Positions 38,716 through 47,996 of a stretch of DNA of 64,000 bases are shown piece after piece. Source of the DNA: an uncultured Nitrososphaerota archaeon. GTDB lineage: Archaea > Thermoproteota > Nitrososphaeria > Nitrososphaerales > Gagatemarchaeaceae. The position numbers and the translations under genes are program-made. Position 1 is the stretch's first letter. Each line of letters begins with the position of its first letter. The notes under the pieces were generated by a model. That model was not told where the DNA came from, searched no databases, and worked only from the letters and a program-made list of their open reading frames with translations. The stretch lies in the NCBI GenBank assembly GCA_963718895.1, contig CAVRAG010000008.1, positions 1,280,001 through 1,344,000 on the forward strand, read 5' to 3'.

Positions 38716-39879
38716 TCAGTACAACCGCAGGCTAGGGTCGACCTCGAGCGTCCAGGCCCTGATTCCGCCTTCCAGATTCCGGACCTTCTTGAACCCGAGT
38801 CCGCCGAGCAGCTTCACCGCCTGCGCGCTTCGTCCCCCCGTGTGGCAGTAGACGACTATGTCGTCGGACGGGTCAAGTTCATTGACGCGTTGCCTCAGCT
38901 GTTCAAGCGGGATCAGCTTCGAACCTTCAATGTGGCAGATCTGGTATTCGAACGGGCCCCTTACGTCGAGAAGTACGACCCTCCCGTTCCCCTCCAGGAC
39001 CTGCTTGAGTGCGCGGGGCTGGATTTCACGCTCGGGGTCTTGCTCCTCCTTTATCCCGCAGAACACCTCGTAGTCGATGAGGCCCTTCACGGTGGGATTC
39101 TCACCGCAGATAGAGCAGCGTGGGTTCTTCCTGAGCTTGACCTCCTTGAACCTCATGTCCAGGGCGTTGAAGAGCAGTAGCCTGCCGATCAGCGGTGTGC
39201 CCTTGCCCAGTATCATGTCTATCGCCTCGGCCGCCTGGATGCTTCCCACTATTCCTGGCAGGACGCCCAGGACCCCCGCCTCGGCGCAGTTGGGGATCAG
39301 ACCAGGGGGAGGAGGCTCTGGGTAGAGGCACCTGTAGCAGGGGCCCTCCTTGGCGTAGAAGACCGAGACCTGTCCCTCGAACCTGAAGAGGCTCGCGTAG
39401 ACGTTGGGTTTTCCCAAGAAGACGCAGGCGTCGTTGACCAGGTAGCGGGTGGGGAAGTTGTCGGTCCCGTCGATGATGACGTCGTAGTCTTTCAGGATGC
39501 TCAGGGCGTTGGAAGAGTCGAGGCGGACCTTGTGCAACTCTACGGTGACGTTCGGATTGATCTCGAGCAGCCTCTCCTTGGTGACCTCGGCCTTGCTCCT
39601 CCCGATGTCCTTCTCGGAGAACAACACCTGCCTGTGGAGGTTGCTCTTCTCTATGACGTCGAAGTCGACTATCCCTATCTTGCCTACCCCCGCGGCTGCA
39701 AGGTAAATTCCCGAGGGTGCTCCGAGGCCTCCCGCACCCACTATCAGGACGCTTGAGGCTTTGAGCGACCTCTGGCCCTCAAGACCGACCTCGGGCATTA
39801 TGAGGTGCCTGTTGTACCTGTCCAGTTCGCTGTCGGAGAAGCCGATGTGTGGCTTGGGGTCAACGGACACGGAAATCAC
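38716..39879 (-). CDS. moeB: E1-like ThiF/MoeB adenylyltransferase fused to rhodanese (MoeZ-like)
   Basis: VGAGGLG, SNLHRQ, DGTDNF, PCYRC, C-terminal YCHTGGRS..LEGGI. Confidence 0.93.
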   Translation of the reverse strand: MISVSVDPKPHIGFSDSELDRYNRHLIMPEVGLEGQRSLKASSVLIVGAGGLGAPSGIYLAAAGVGKIGIVDFDVIEKSNLHRQVLFSEKDIGRSKAEVTKERLLEINPNVTVELHKVRLDSSNALSILKDYDVIIDGTDNFPTRYLVNDACVFLGKPNVYASLFRFEGQVSVFYAKEGPCYRCLYPEPPPPGLIPNCAEAGVLGVLPGIVGSIQAAEAIDMILGKGTPLIGRLLLFNALDMRFKEVKLRKNPRCSICGENPTVKGLIDYEVFCGIKEEQDPEREIQPRALKQVLEGNGRVVLLDVRGPFEYQICHIEGSKLIPLEQLRQRVNELDPSDDIVVYCHTGGRSAQAVKLLGGLGFKKVRNLEGGIRAWTLEVDPSLRLY

Positions 39880-40292
39880 TTGTCGACCTCTATCTCGTCC
39901 TCGGAGGCAGTCCTGGGGTCTCCGCCCGGTATCCATGACTTCGTCTCTCCCGCCCTCCCCGCCGGGACCGAGACGACGATGTAAGCGTACGATGGAAGTG
40001 AGTGCTTCAGGTCGAACGCCGAGAGCGTGGCCGGGTGGTCCGGGTGAGAGTGATAGACGCCGGCGATGGTCAGACCCCTCTTCGCGACCAGCCCGTGGGC
40101 CTGGAGGAGTTCGAGGGGATCGATGTCATATCGGTCGTGCCTTGTTCCGGGGTATGCGTTTGCCATTCTTATCGACTCGATTACTCTCTTGTTCTCGTCC
40201 GCGATGAGCAGACCGCAGCACTCCTCCGGATACGTCGACTCGGCGTGGGCATGAATCTCATCGAGAACCTGCTTTGCGATGCGCGTGGTCAT
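39876..40292 (-). CDS. JAB/MPN+ (M67) metallopeptidase
   Basis: YPEECCG and YHSHPDHPATLS.FD JAMM motif; overlaps the E1 start. Confidence 0.92.
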   Translation of the reverse strand: MTTRIAKQVLDEIHAHAESTYPEECCGLLIADENKRVIESIRMANAYPGTRHDRYDIDPLELLQAHGLVAKRGLTIAGVYHSHPDHPATLSAFDLKHSLPSYAYIVVSVPAGRAGETKSWIPGGDPRTASEDEIEVDK

Positions 40293-40424
40293 CCCCGTTC
40301 AAGCTGGTATCGGGACCGCCCCGAATCGAGAGTGTCATCCTCTTATCGTTGCCGCGGGGCGGCCGGTCCCCCATAAAGTTGGCGGAAGGTCGTCAGTGGA
40401 AGAATAGGCCAGGGATCGGGCGGC

Positions 40425-42068
40425 TCACATGCCACCCATGCCGCCCATTCCTCCCATGCCGCCTGGGCCTCCCGCTCCGCCTGGAGGCTCCTTGGACTTG
40501 GTGGAGGCTATGACGTCGTCGATGCGGAGTATCATGCACGCAGACTCCGTGGCGGCCTTGAGAATCTGCAACTTGACCGCCGTCGGTTCTACCACCCCCC
40601 TGTTCCACATGTTGGCCACCTTCCCTGACAGCGCGTCGACTCCGGCCCACTTCTCGCCCTTGCCGTGCCTTGCCCTGAGGTCGACCTGGGTGTCGATCGG
40701 GTCCATTCCTGCGTTCTCAGCGAGTATCGTCGCGATTGTCTCGATTGCCTCTGCGTACCTGAGCGCCGCGAGCTGCTCCCTTCCGGAGAGCTTCTGGGCC
40801 CACGCCCTGACCTGGCTCGCTACCTCGACCTCTGGGGCTCCCCCACCGGCGACGATCGACGGCATCTCAACGACGTCCTTCGTCACCATGATGGCGTCGT
40901 GAAGGGCGCGCTCGGCCTCGTCCACGACCCTCTGCGATCCTCCCCTCACGAGGATTGTGACCGCCTTGGGGTTCTTGCATCCCTCGATGAAGACCCACTT
41001 GTCCTCCTCGATCTTCCTCTCCTCTGCGAGCTTGGCCTGTCCGAGGTCCTTCGCGCTGAGGTCGTCCAGGTTCGTCACGATCCTCGCGCCGGTGGCCTTG
41101 GCGAGCTTGCTCATGTCGCTCTCCTTCACCCTTCTTACCGCCATGATGCCTGCCCTTGCTAGGTAGTGCTGGGCGACGTCGTCGATGCCCTTCTGGCAGA
41201 TTACCAGGTTGGCTCCAGCATTCTCGATCTTCTCCACCATCCCCTTCAGGATGCTGTTCTCCTCGTCTAGGAACTTCTGCATCTGGTCGGGGTCGTTGAT
41301 CCTGATCTCAGCGCTGAACTCCGTCTTCTCGATCTCCAGCGGAGAGTTGATGAGTGCTATCTTGGCGCCCTCGACCTTCTTGGGCATGGCCGAGTGGACT
41401 ATCTCCTTGTCGAGCGCGATTCCGGAGATGAGCTTGGTGTCGACCATCGAGCCGCCTGCCTTCTTCTCCACCTTCACGTTGTCGATGTCGACCTTGTACC
41501 CGGTCTCGGTCTTCTCGGCGACCTGTGTCACCGCGTCTACGACAAGCGAAGCGAGATGCGGTGCGTCGTCAGAGACCAGCTTGGTCATCATGCTGGTGGT
41601 CGCGATTTTGAGCAGGTCGGCCTTTGACGCGGGATCGACCTTCTCCGCGATGCTCTCCAGGACCTGCTGCGCCTTCTCTAGCGCCTTCATGTAACCGTCA
41701 ACGACCACCGTCGGGTGGACGTCTTTGCTGATCAGTTCCTCGGCCTTCTCGAGCAGCGCTCCGGCGAGTATTACGGCGGAGGTCGTGCCATCACCGACCT
41801 CGTTGTCGGTCGCCTTCGAGACCTCGACGAGCATCTTTGCCGCCGGGTGCTGGACGTCGATCTCCTTGAGCATGGTCGCGCCGTCGTTGGTGATCGTGAC
41901 GTCGCCGAGCGAGTCGACGAGCATCTTGTCCATGCCGCGGGGGCCCAGAGAACTCCTTACGATCTCCGAAATCAGCTTGGCAGCCTGGATGTTGTTCCTC
42001 TGAGCTTCCCTTCCCTTGGTCTCGCCTGTCCCTTCCTTTAGAATAATGTACTGTGGACTACTGGACAT
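40425..42068 (-). CDS. ths: Thermosome (group II chaperonin) subunit
   Basis: SLGPRGMDKM, GDGTT, C-terminal GGM repeats. Confidence 0.96.
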   Translation of the reverse strand: MSSSPQYIILKEGTGETKGREAQRNNIQAAKLISEIVRSSLGPRGMDKMLVDSLGDVTITNDGATMLKEIDVQHPAAKMLVEVSKATDNEVGDGTTSAVILAGALLEKAEELISKDVHPTVVVDGYMKALEKAQQVLESIAEKVDPASKADLLKIATTSMMTKLVSDDAPHLASLVVDAVTQVAEKTETGYKVDIDNVKVEKKAGGSMVDTKLISGIALDKEIVHSAMPKKVEGAKIALINSPLEIEKTEFSAEIRINDPDQMQKFLDEENSILKGMVEKIENAGANLVICQKGIDDVAQHYLARAGIMAVRRVKESDMSKLAKATGARIVTNLDDLSAKDLGQAKLAEERKIEEDKWVFIEGCKNPKAVTILVRGGSQRVVDEAERALHDAIMVTKDVVEMPSIVAGGGAPEVEVASQVRAWAQKLSGREQLAALRYAEAIETIATILAENAGMDPIDTQVDLRARHGKGEKWAGVDALSGKVANMWNRGVVEPTAVKLQILKAATESACMILRIDDVIASTKSKEPPGGAGGPGGMGGMGGMGGM

Positions 42069-42085
42069 ATAGAATTCGCATCAGC

Positions 42086-42106
42086 TATACAACTTCGAGT
42101 TGTATA
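42086..42106. promoter_or_regulatory. Perfect palindrome TATACAACT-TCG-AGTTGTATA overlapping the thermosome TATA box
   Basis: 9-3-9 inverted repeat 18 nt upstream of the ATG at 42068; TATATA at 42103-42108. Confidence 0.6.
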
Positions 42107-42114
42107 TATGATTT

Positions 42115-43116
42115 TTGTTCTCGCCAGAGCGGAAGAACGACGGGAACTCCCGGGCACGATTATATCCCTCGCCTCCGGACCGGAGAGCCTTGGATTTCAT
42201 CAGGAACTGCGGCGTGATGGTCGAGCCCCAGGAGGGCATGGCCGTCGAGGAGCTTCTGGATGTTGCGAGATTCGCAGAGAAGAGCGGCTACGGCTACTTC
42301 TTCCGCTCCGATCACATTCTCCCGACCACCCGCACGAAGGGCCTGGACTCGCCCGAGTGCTGGACCACCCTCGGCGCGATCGCTGTGCACACAAGGAGGA
42401 TCAAGTTCGGGCCGATGGTCTCGCCGATTGGCTTCAGGAACCCCGCGCTTCTCGCGAGGATGGCGTGCACGGTCAACTCGCTCGCCCACGGCAGGCTCCA
42501 GCTGGGAGTGGGCGCGGGGTGGTACGAGGACGAATACCGGGCACATGGAATTGAATTCCCGGATGTGAAGGTCCGCATGAAACAGTTCAGGGAAGCCCTC
42601 AGGATAATCCGGCCGCTGACGCAGGAGAGAAGGGTAGACTTCGACGGGAAGTTCTTCTCGGCGCACCTGGGCGGCCTTCCGAAGCTGAAGGAGAAGATCC
42701 ATCTGATCATCGGAGGGAGGGCCAGGTCCGCCGTCCGGAACACGGTTGACTACGGCGACGAATGGAACTACTTCTCGGCTGTTCCAGAGGATTTCGATAT
42801 GCTGAAGAGCACCCTCGATGGGAGTGAGAGGCACCTCGAGATCTCGCGGATGGGCTCGTTCGTGGTCGCCGAAAGCGCCTCCCAGCTCAAGGCCAGGCTG
42901 CGCAGGGAGATGCGCAAGAAGGGCGTGAGCAAGGACGAAGACGCGTACGCCCGCGACCTCAGGAAGAGCGGCTGGCTGGTAGGTACAAGGGCCGACTTCC
43001 CTGAGAGCGTCAACAAGCTCAGGGAACGGGGCGTCGAGAAGTTCTACTTTCAGACCTGGGAGACCAAGGACAGGGGACAGCTGGGGCTCCTGGCCCGAGT
43101 GCTCAAGGGCATGTAG
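42115..43116 (+). CDS. LLM-class flavin/F420-dependent oxidoreductase
   Basis: FFRSDH, ECWTTLGAIA, FRNPALLARMA, LGVGAGW; start uncertain. Confidence 0.88.
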   Translation: MFSPERKNDGNSRARLYPSPPDRRALDFIRNCGVMVEPQEGMAVEELLDVARFAEKSGYGYFFRSDHILPTTRTKGLDSPECWTTLGAIAVHTRRIKFGPMVSPIGFRNPALLARMACTVNSLAHGRLQLGVGAGWYEDEYRAHGIEFPDVKVRMKQFREALRIIRPLTQERRVDFDGKFFSAHLGGLPKLKEKIHLIIGGRARSAVRNTVDYGDEWNYFSAVPEDFDMLKSTLDGSERHLEISRMGSFVVAESASQLKARLRREMRKKGVSKDEDAYARDLRKSGWLVGTRADFPESVNKLRERGVEKFYFQTWETKDRGQLGLLARVLKGM

Positions 43117-43161
43117 ACTCTACCAGAAGGTTTTAAGCCGATAACGTGCTAGTTCCTCAAG

Positions 43162-43629
43162 ATGCTCCAAGTTGGAATGAAGGCTGAGGAGTTCACCCTC
43201 TACGACGCGGACAAGAAGGAACGCAAGCTCTCCGAGTTCCTGACCAAGGGCAAGCGGACGATCTTGGCGTTCTATCCGGGAGCGTTCACCGGGGTCTGCG
43301 ACAAAGAGATGTGCACCTTCCGCGACATGTTCTCCGAGCTCGAGAGGCTGAACGCCAACCTCGTCGGGATCTCCGTCGACGCGCCCTGGGCGCAGAAGGC
43401 CTTCGTCGAGAAGTATGGCCTGAAGTTCCCCCTGCTCTGCGACTTCAATCTGGCAGTGATCCAGAAGTTCGGCGTGATGTGGAAGGGCCTTGGAGGCGTG
43501 AACGGCTACGAGTCATCAAACAGGGCAGTATTCGTCCTCGACGACGGCGGCAAGGTGCTGTACTCGTGGGCGGCCCCGAACCCCGGGGTCCTGCCCGACT
43601 TCGAGGAGATTAAGAAGAACCTGGTGTGA
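43162..43629 (+). CDS. Peroxiredoxin (BCP/AhpE-like)
   Basis: FYPGAFTGVCDKEMC, GISVD, RAVFVLD. Confidence 0.9.
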   Translation: MLQVGMKAEEFTLYDADKKERKLSEFLTKGKRTILAFYPGAFTGVCDKEMCTFRDMFSELERLNANLVGISVDAPWAQKAFVEKYGLKFPLLCDFNLAVIQKFGVMWKGLGGVNGYESSNRAVFVLDDGGKVLYSWAAPNPGVLPDFEEIKKNLV

Positions 43630-43666
43630 GTCCCGACCTAGGCGCGCACCCGAATCGCGCCAAGCG

Positions 43667-44152
43667 TTAACTGGATTCTTCTTCCTCGGTAGGTTCTGCT
43701 GCTCCGGCGGGTTGCCTCTTTCGCGTCGAGTGGAGGACGAACTTCAAGAGGGGTTCGCTGATGCTCATCGCGTCCCTCATCGAGATCATTCCGAGAGGCA
43801 CCCCTTCCTTGCTGACGACCGGGAGGTGGCGGACATTCGCCTTTGTCATCCTGTCCACGGCGGTGACTATGTTCTCGTTCGGGCTCGCCTTCAGGGATGT
43901 CTTCGACATGATGCTCGAGACTGGGATGCCCTTCCCCGTGAGAGACTTGGTGACCGAGAAGAGCACGTCGCGCTCGGTCACGATTCCAACCATTACCCCC
44001 GCCTTGTCGACGACTATGACGCTCCCTATGTTCCCCTCCCACATTGCCGATGCCGCCTCGTCTATCGTGGTATCCTCTGGGACCACCGAGGGCGGAACTT
44101 CCATCAGGTCCTTGGTCTTCATGCCCACCTGTCTGGATTTTGGTCTTGGCAA
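43667..44152 (-). CDS. CBS domain protein
   Basis: Two CBS repeats (IGSVIVVD..GIVTERD; VRHLPVV..GMISMRD). Confidence 0.88.
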   Translation of the reverse strand: MPRPKSRQVGMKTKDLMEVPPSVVPEDTTIDEAASAMWEGNIGSVIVVDKAGVMVGIVTERDVLFSVTKSLTGKGIPVSSIMSKTSLKASPNENIVTAVDRMTKANVRHLPVVSKEGVPLGMISMRDAMSISEPLLKFVLHSTRKRQPAGAAEPTEEEESS

Positions 44153-44255
44153 GGTTTTCGCCGCTGTCGATTGCGTGCCGCCTATTAATCATTCGGCGTG
44201 AACCGGGAGGGTCCGCGAAGCTCGGCTGCCGGGTTGGTCCTCCCGGGTCCTGGCA

Positions 44256-44588
44256 CTATCGCTTCTTGATGTTCGTCACGAGGAGCTTGAACTGGAGGGT
44301 CTTCCCCACCATGGGGTGGCTCCCGACCTTGCCGTATGCCTTCTCCGGTGGAAGGGTGACCTCCTTCGTCTCGTTCACCTTCATCCCTAGCAGCGCTTCC
44401 TCGAAGCCGCTGATCACCTGGTGCGCCCCCAGAACGACCACGAGCGGCTTGTAGTCGCGCGCGGGGCTGAACAGGCCGGCCTTCTCAGCCTCGGACCTCA
44501 TGCTGGTGTCGAAGACCTTGCCGCCCGGGAACTTGCCGACGTAGTGGACCGATACCGTGTCTCCGTTCTGCGCAACCTGTTCGCTCAT
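44256..44588 (-). CDS. Short FKBP-type peptidyl-prolyl isomerase
   Basis: GDTVSVHYVG, VFDTS, VISGFEEAL.GM, PPEKAYG. Confidence 0.92.
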   Translation of the reverse strand: MSEQVAQNGDTVSVHYVGKFPGGKVFDTSMRSEAEKAGLFSPARDYKPLVVVLGAHQVISGFEEALLGMKVNETKEVTLPPEKAYGKVGSHPMVGKTLQFKLLVTNIKKR

Positions 44589-44717
44589 TCGAAACTCCAA
44601 GGGATTCCGTTCCTTCGATGGTCTTTAATGATTTTGCTTTCCTAAGGGAGCGGGAACCGATGACTAATGATAGATCTCCGCGAAATGGTATATACTGCGG
44701 AACCCGGTCGATGGTCG

Positions 44718-45197
44718 TTGCCCTTCTGCGCAAATTGCGGCAGGGAGCTCGCCGTTGATATCGCGTTCTGTCCGGAGTGTGGTTCCCAAATCCAGACTCA
44801 AGCGCAAGGCTCTGCCATGGCAGAGCCGGAAGCCTACAGGAGGGTAAATGTCTGGGCGGCCGTGGTGTTCTCGGTGGTGTTTCCAGGGCTGGGCCAGCTC
44901 TACCTGGGGGAGAGGAGGAGAGGGGCCTTGTTCGCGACAGTGGGCCTTGCGGTGCTTGGAACCATCCTCATCGAGATCGGTGTCATCGTCTATCCTCTCT
45001 TGCTGCTTGTCAGCGCTTTGGATGCACGCAGGTCTGGAGGGAGGTTCAACAGTGAAAGTGGCATGGCCGTCGGCGGTTCCACCTGGAAACGCGCCTCGAC
45101 TCTCCCGAATTATCCCTCCGTTGGTGTCCAGGAGGATGGGAAAGCTGATTCGTACGCGGTTGGAGCGTGTTCACAGGTGGGTGGTTCAGCGTGGTAG
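44718..45197 (+). CDS. Zinc-ribbon plus TM2-like membrane protein
   Basis: FCANCG..FCPECG, then PGLGQLYLG..RG and TMs. Confidence 0.7.
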   Translation: MPFCANCGRELAVDIAFCPECGSQIQTQAQGSAMAEPEAYRRVNVWAAVVFSVVFPGLGQLYLGERRRGALFATVGLAVLGTILIEIGVIVYPLLLLVSALDARRSGGRFNSESGMAVGGSTWKRASTLPNYPSVGVQEDGKADSYAVGACSQVGGSAW

Positions 45198-45688
45198 AGA
45201 TCGCCCTCGGTTCCGTCGTCTCTCTCTGGCTACTCTTTGGTCTGGCCACGGGCATCATACTCGCGATAATCGTCCTGGTGACCGTTCTCTTCTCTCGCGA
45301 CCTGAACAGGGGCATAACGACGACGATCAGCGAGGTCATCCTTACAGGTCTCGGGGATAGGAAAGAGTCCTTTCTTGCAAACCTCGAGAAAGAACTGAAG
45401 AGGAGAGGCCTGATCCCCCGGGTCCCCCTTGAGAAGGAGGCCGATCTCATATACAGAGATTTCTTCAATGAGGTCAGGATCTACGCAACTCAGGAAGGCA
45501 CGGCCTTGAGGTTCGGCTTCCGCACCTCCGCGACATCGAGCGCCGTCACTCTCGGTGTCATTCTCCTGATACCTTTCGTCGTCGGCTCGGTGGTGCTCTT
45601 CGCCCTGGCCATCCTGAGGCGGAACAACACCCAGACGACCCTGCGCGAGGCGGGTCAGGCCGCTGAGCTACTCACACTCGGGACCTAG
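45167..45688 (+). CDS. Hypothetical membrane protein (start uncertain, possible frameshift near 45165)
   Basis: Hydrophobic helices at both ends. Confidence 0.55.
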   Translation: MFTGGWFSVVEIALGSVVSLWLLFGLATGIILAIIVLVTVLFSRDLNRGITTTISEVILTGLGDRKESFLANLEKELKRRGLIPRVPLEKEADLIYRDFFNEVRIYATQEGTALRFGFRTSATSSAVTLGVILLIPFVVGSVVLFALAILRRNNTQTTLREAGQAAELLTLGT

Positions 45689-45699
45689 GCCGAGGAAGG

Positions 45700-46092
45700 T
45701 CATGTTTGGGACCTTCCGCATACGGGACAGTACGTCTTGCTGCCCTTCAGGTCCGCGCCGCAGAACTTGCAGGACCCCGGCGGCCGGGGCGGTGGCGGTG
45801 GAGGCGTCTCGTCCTCGGCTTGCTTGGGCTCCTTGGGCTCCTTCGGCCTCCCATCTCCTCCGATCAGGACCAGGAGGACGCCGATGATTATCAAGATTGA
45901 CCCCGACGCGAGGTACCAGTCGGTGTTGCTGATCTGATTCACGAGGCCGGGAATGAAAGGGAGCGCGTTGACGAGGCTGTTGAGCGCACCCAGTTCGCTC
46001 TTCATCCAGACCTGTGCTCCGGAGACGTAGCCGATCAAGTATCCACCGGCCAGACAGAGAAGTCCTCCTATCAGGTGCGACTTCCGGGACAA
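45700..46092 (-). CDS. Two-TM membrane protein with C-terminal zinc ribbon
   Basis: Two TMs, poly-Pro linker, CKFCG..CPVCG. Confidence 0.7.
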   Translation of the reverse strand: MSRKSHLIGGLLCLAGGYLIGYVSGAQVWMKSELGALNSLVNALPFIPGLVNQISNTDWYLASGSILIIIGVLLVLIGGDGRPKEPKEPKQAEDETPPPPPPRPPGSCKFCGADLKGSKTYCPVCGRSQT

Positions 46093-46299
46093 GATGGAAC
46101 GCCCCCTCTGTAACCCTATTTAAGCCGCTGCAGGGGCTGGACCGAAGAAGCGGAGCGCCGGTCGATTGCAAATGAAGCACCCTTGGAAGCGCAGAGTTGA
46201 GGCCGGGGCCGCAGGTTCGGTGCCCAGCCAGCGGTTAGGACGCAAGATTCCGACAAAACGGCTTTTAGCACACCATGGTAACGATTCCTTCGAGAGCGA

Positions 46300-47397
46300 A
46301 TGGAGAGTCGCGCCTACTTCGGACAGAGCAATCTCGTCGGCAACGGACGAGAGTATCTCAGGGCGGTCATGAATCGGGACAGGTCGTTCGACGGCGCGTT
46401 CGTCTTCGGCGTGAGCTCGACCGGAATCTATTGCCGCCCCTCCTGCCCTGCGCGAAGACCCCGCGCGGACAGGGTGCTTCTCTTCCCGAGCCCGGACGCC
46501 GCCGAGAGCTCGGGGTTCCGCGCATGCATGAGATGCAAGCCCAAGCAGGCGTCGCAGCGCGCGGAGCTGGTCGGGCGGGTCTGCGCACACATCCAGGCCA
46601 ACCTGAACGGGGACCTTGGACTTGCGGCCCTCGGGAAGAGGTTCTCGATGAGCCCCTATCACCTGCAACGAATCTTCAGCGAGGTCGTCGGCATGTCGCC
46701 TCGAAGGTACACGGAAGAGTGCCGCATAGTCAGGCTCAAGGAGCATCTAGGCGAGGGAGAGTCCGTCACCGGCGCCCTGCGGAAGGTCGGCTACAGTTCT
46801 CAGAGCTGGCTCTATGGCGACTCCACCGCCAAGCTGGGAATGACTCCCGGCGTCTACCGGAGAGGAGGAGATGGGATGAGGATAGTCTACCACATTGGGA
46901 GCTCCCCCCTTGGCAGGATGCTGGTGGCGACCACCGAACACGGAATCTGCATGGTGGACCTAGGAGAGAGCGACGCTAATCTGGTGAAGGCCCTACACAG
47001 GGAGTATCCCAAGGCAATCGTCGCAGAATCGAAGGAAGCGCGGGAATCCTTTGACGCGGTCCTGGGATACTTCAGCGGGCACGAGACGAAGACGCCACTC
47101 GACCTCCGCGGAACCGAGTTCCAGAGAAAGGTCTGGACGGCCCTGCAGACGATCCCCGAAGGGAGCGTCTGTTCCTACAGCGACCTCGCCGCTCTGATTG
47201 GGCAGCCGAAGGCCGTGAGGGCGGTGGCGAATGCCTGCGGAGAGAATCCCGTTCCCGTCATCGTCCCCTGCCACAGGGCGGTACGCAAGGACGGCGGTCT
47301 CGGCGGCTACGGGCTCGGACTCTGGCGAAAGAGGGCGCTGCTGGCAGAGGAGAAGAATCGGACGGGCCTCGCAGCCGCGTCCGCCGAAGACGCGTAG
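46300..47397 (+). CDS. ada: Ada-type bifunctional regulator / O6-methylguanine-DNA methyltransferase
   Basis: GIYCRPSC and GFRACMRC Zn domain, AraC-like HTH (MSPYHLQRIF), C-terminal PCHR. Confidence 0.93.
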   Translation: MESRAYFGQSNLVGNGREYLRAVMNRDRSFDGAFVFGVSSTGIYCRPSCPARRPRADRVLLFPSPDAAESSGFRACMRCKPKQASQRAELVGRVCAHIQANLNGDLGLAALGKRFSMSPYHLQRIFSEVVGMSPRRYTEECRIVRLKEHLGEGESVTGALRKVGYSSQSWLYGDSTAKLGMTPGVYRRGGDGMRIVYHIGSSPLGRMLVATTEHGICMVDLGESDANLVKALHREYPKAIVAESKEARESFDAVLGYFSGHETKTPLDLRGTEFQRKVWTALQTIPEGSVCSYSDLAALIGQPKAVRAVANACGENPVPVIVPCHRAVRKDGGLGGYGLGLWRKRALLAEEKNRTGLAAASAEDA

Positions 47398-47446
47398 CAT
47401 CGCGCGTGGGCCCTTTGGTGCCGGAGGGCCCTCAAGCGGACCTCCG

Positions 47447-47866
47447 CTATCGCCTGTCCCCCACCCGCCGGACAAACTTGAGGCCTGACCATGTTTCGTC
47501 GATGGCAGCTACTTTGACATCGACCAGACGATTGCCTAGCCCTGCCTCTCTGACGGCGACATCATCAAGATCGGTCTTGACCCCCGAGGAACGCTTCGGC
47601 CAGCAGACCCAGAGCACGCCTGATCGGGCCAGTTTCCCCTCGAGCGCCGGAAACTCGTCCTCCAGTTCCTCCTTGTCTGCAACGAACAGGAGAATCAGGT
47701 CTAGGAGGTAACCTGGGAGAGCTTCAGTGACGACGATTGACGGGGAATCGTACAGTTTCTCGTCGAAACCAGAGGGCGCGTTAAGGACGGCGACCCTTGA
47801 TCCTGCCTTGACCCCGAGCTTTTCTGAAAGAGGCTTCTTGGAGTAACGTTCAGCGTCGTGGGCCAA
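47447..47866 (-). CDS. DUF3052-like protein
   Basis: YS.KPL.EKLG.K, LWVCWPKRSSG..TDL, LVDVKVAAIDETWSGLKF. Confidence 0.8.
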   Translation of the reverse strand: MAHDAERYSKKPLSEKLGVKAGSRVAVLNAPSGFDEKLYDSPSIVVTEALPGYLLDLILLFVADKEELEDEFPALEGKLARSGVLWVCWPKRSSGVKTDLDDVAVREAGLGNRLVDVKVAAIDETWSGLKFVRRVGDRR

Positions 47867-47996
47867 GAGACGTCGTTGAGAAGGGATCGATATCAGCCTA
47901 TCTCCAGGGTATTGGCCCGCGGGCCTACGCGGCTTCGCCGGGGCAGGACTAGACTTCCGCCCCGGTGTCCGGCGAACACCCGAATCTGCCCCGAGA

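Noticed and set aside
743-47900. Numerous long antisense or alternate-frame ORFs overlapping core genes
   Set aside because: Expected shadow ORFs of high-GC codon usage, with no recognisable motifs.
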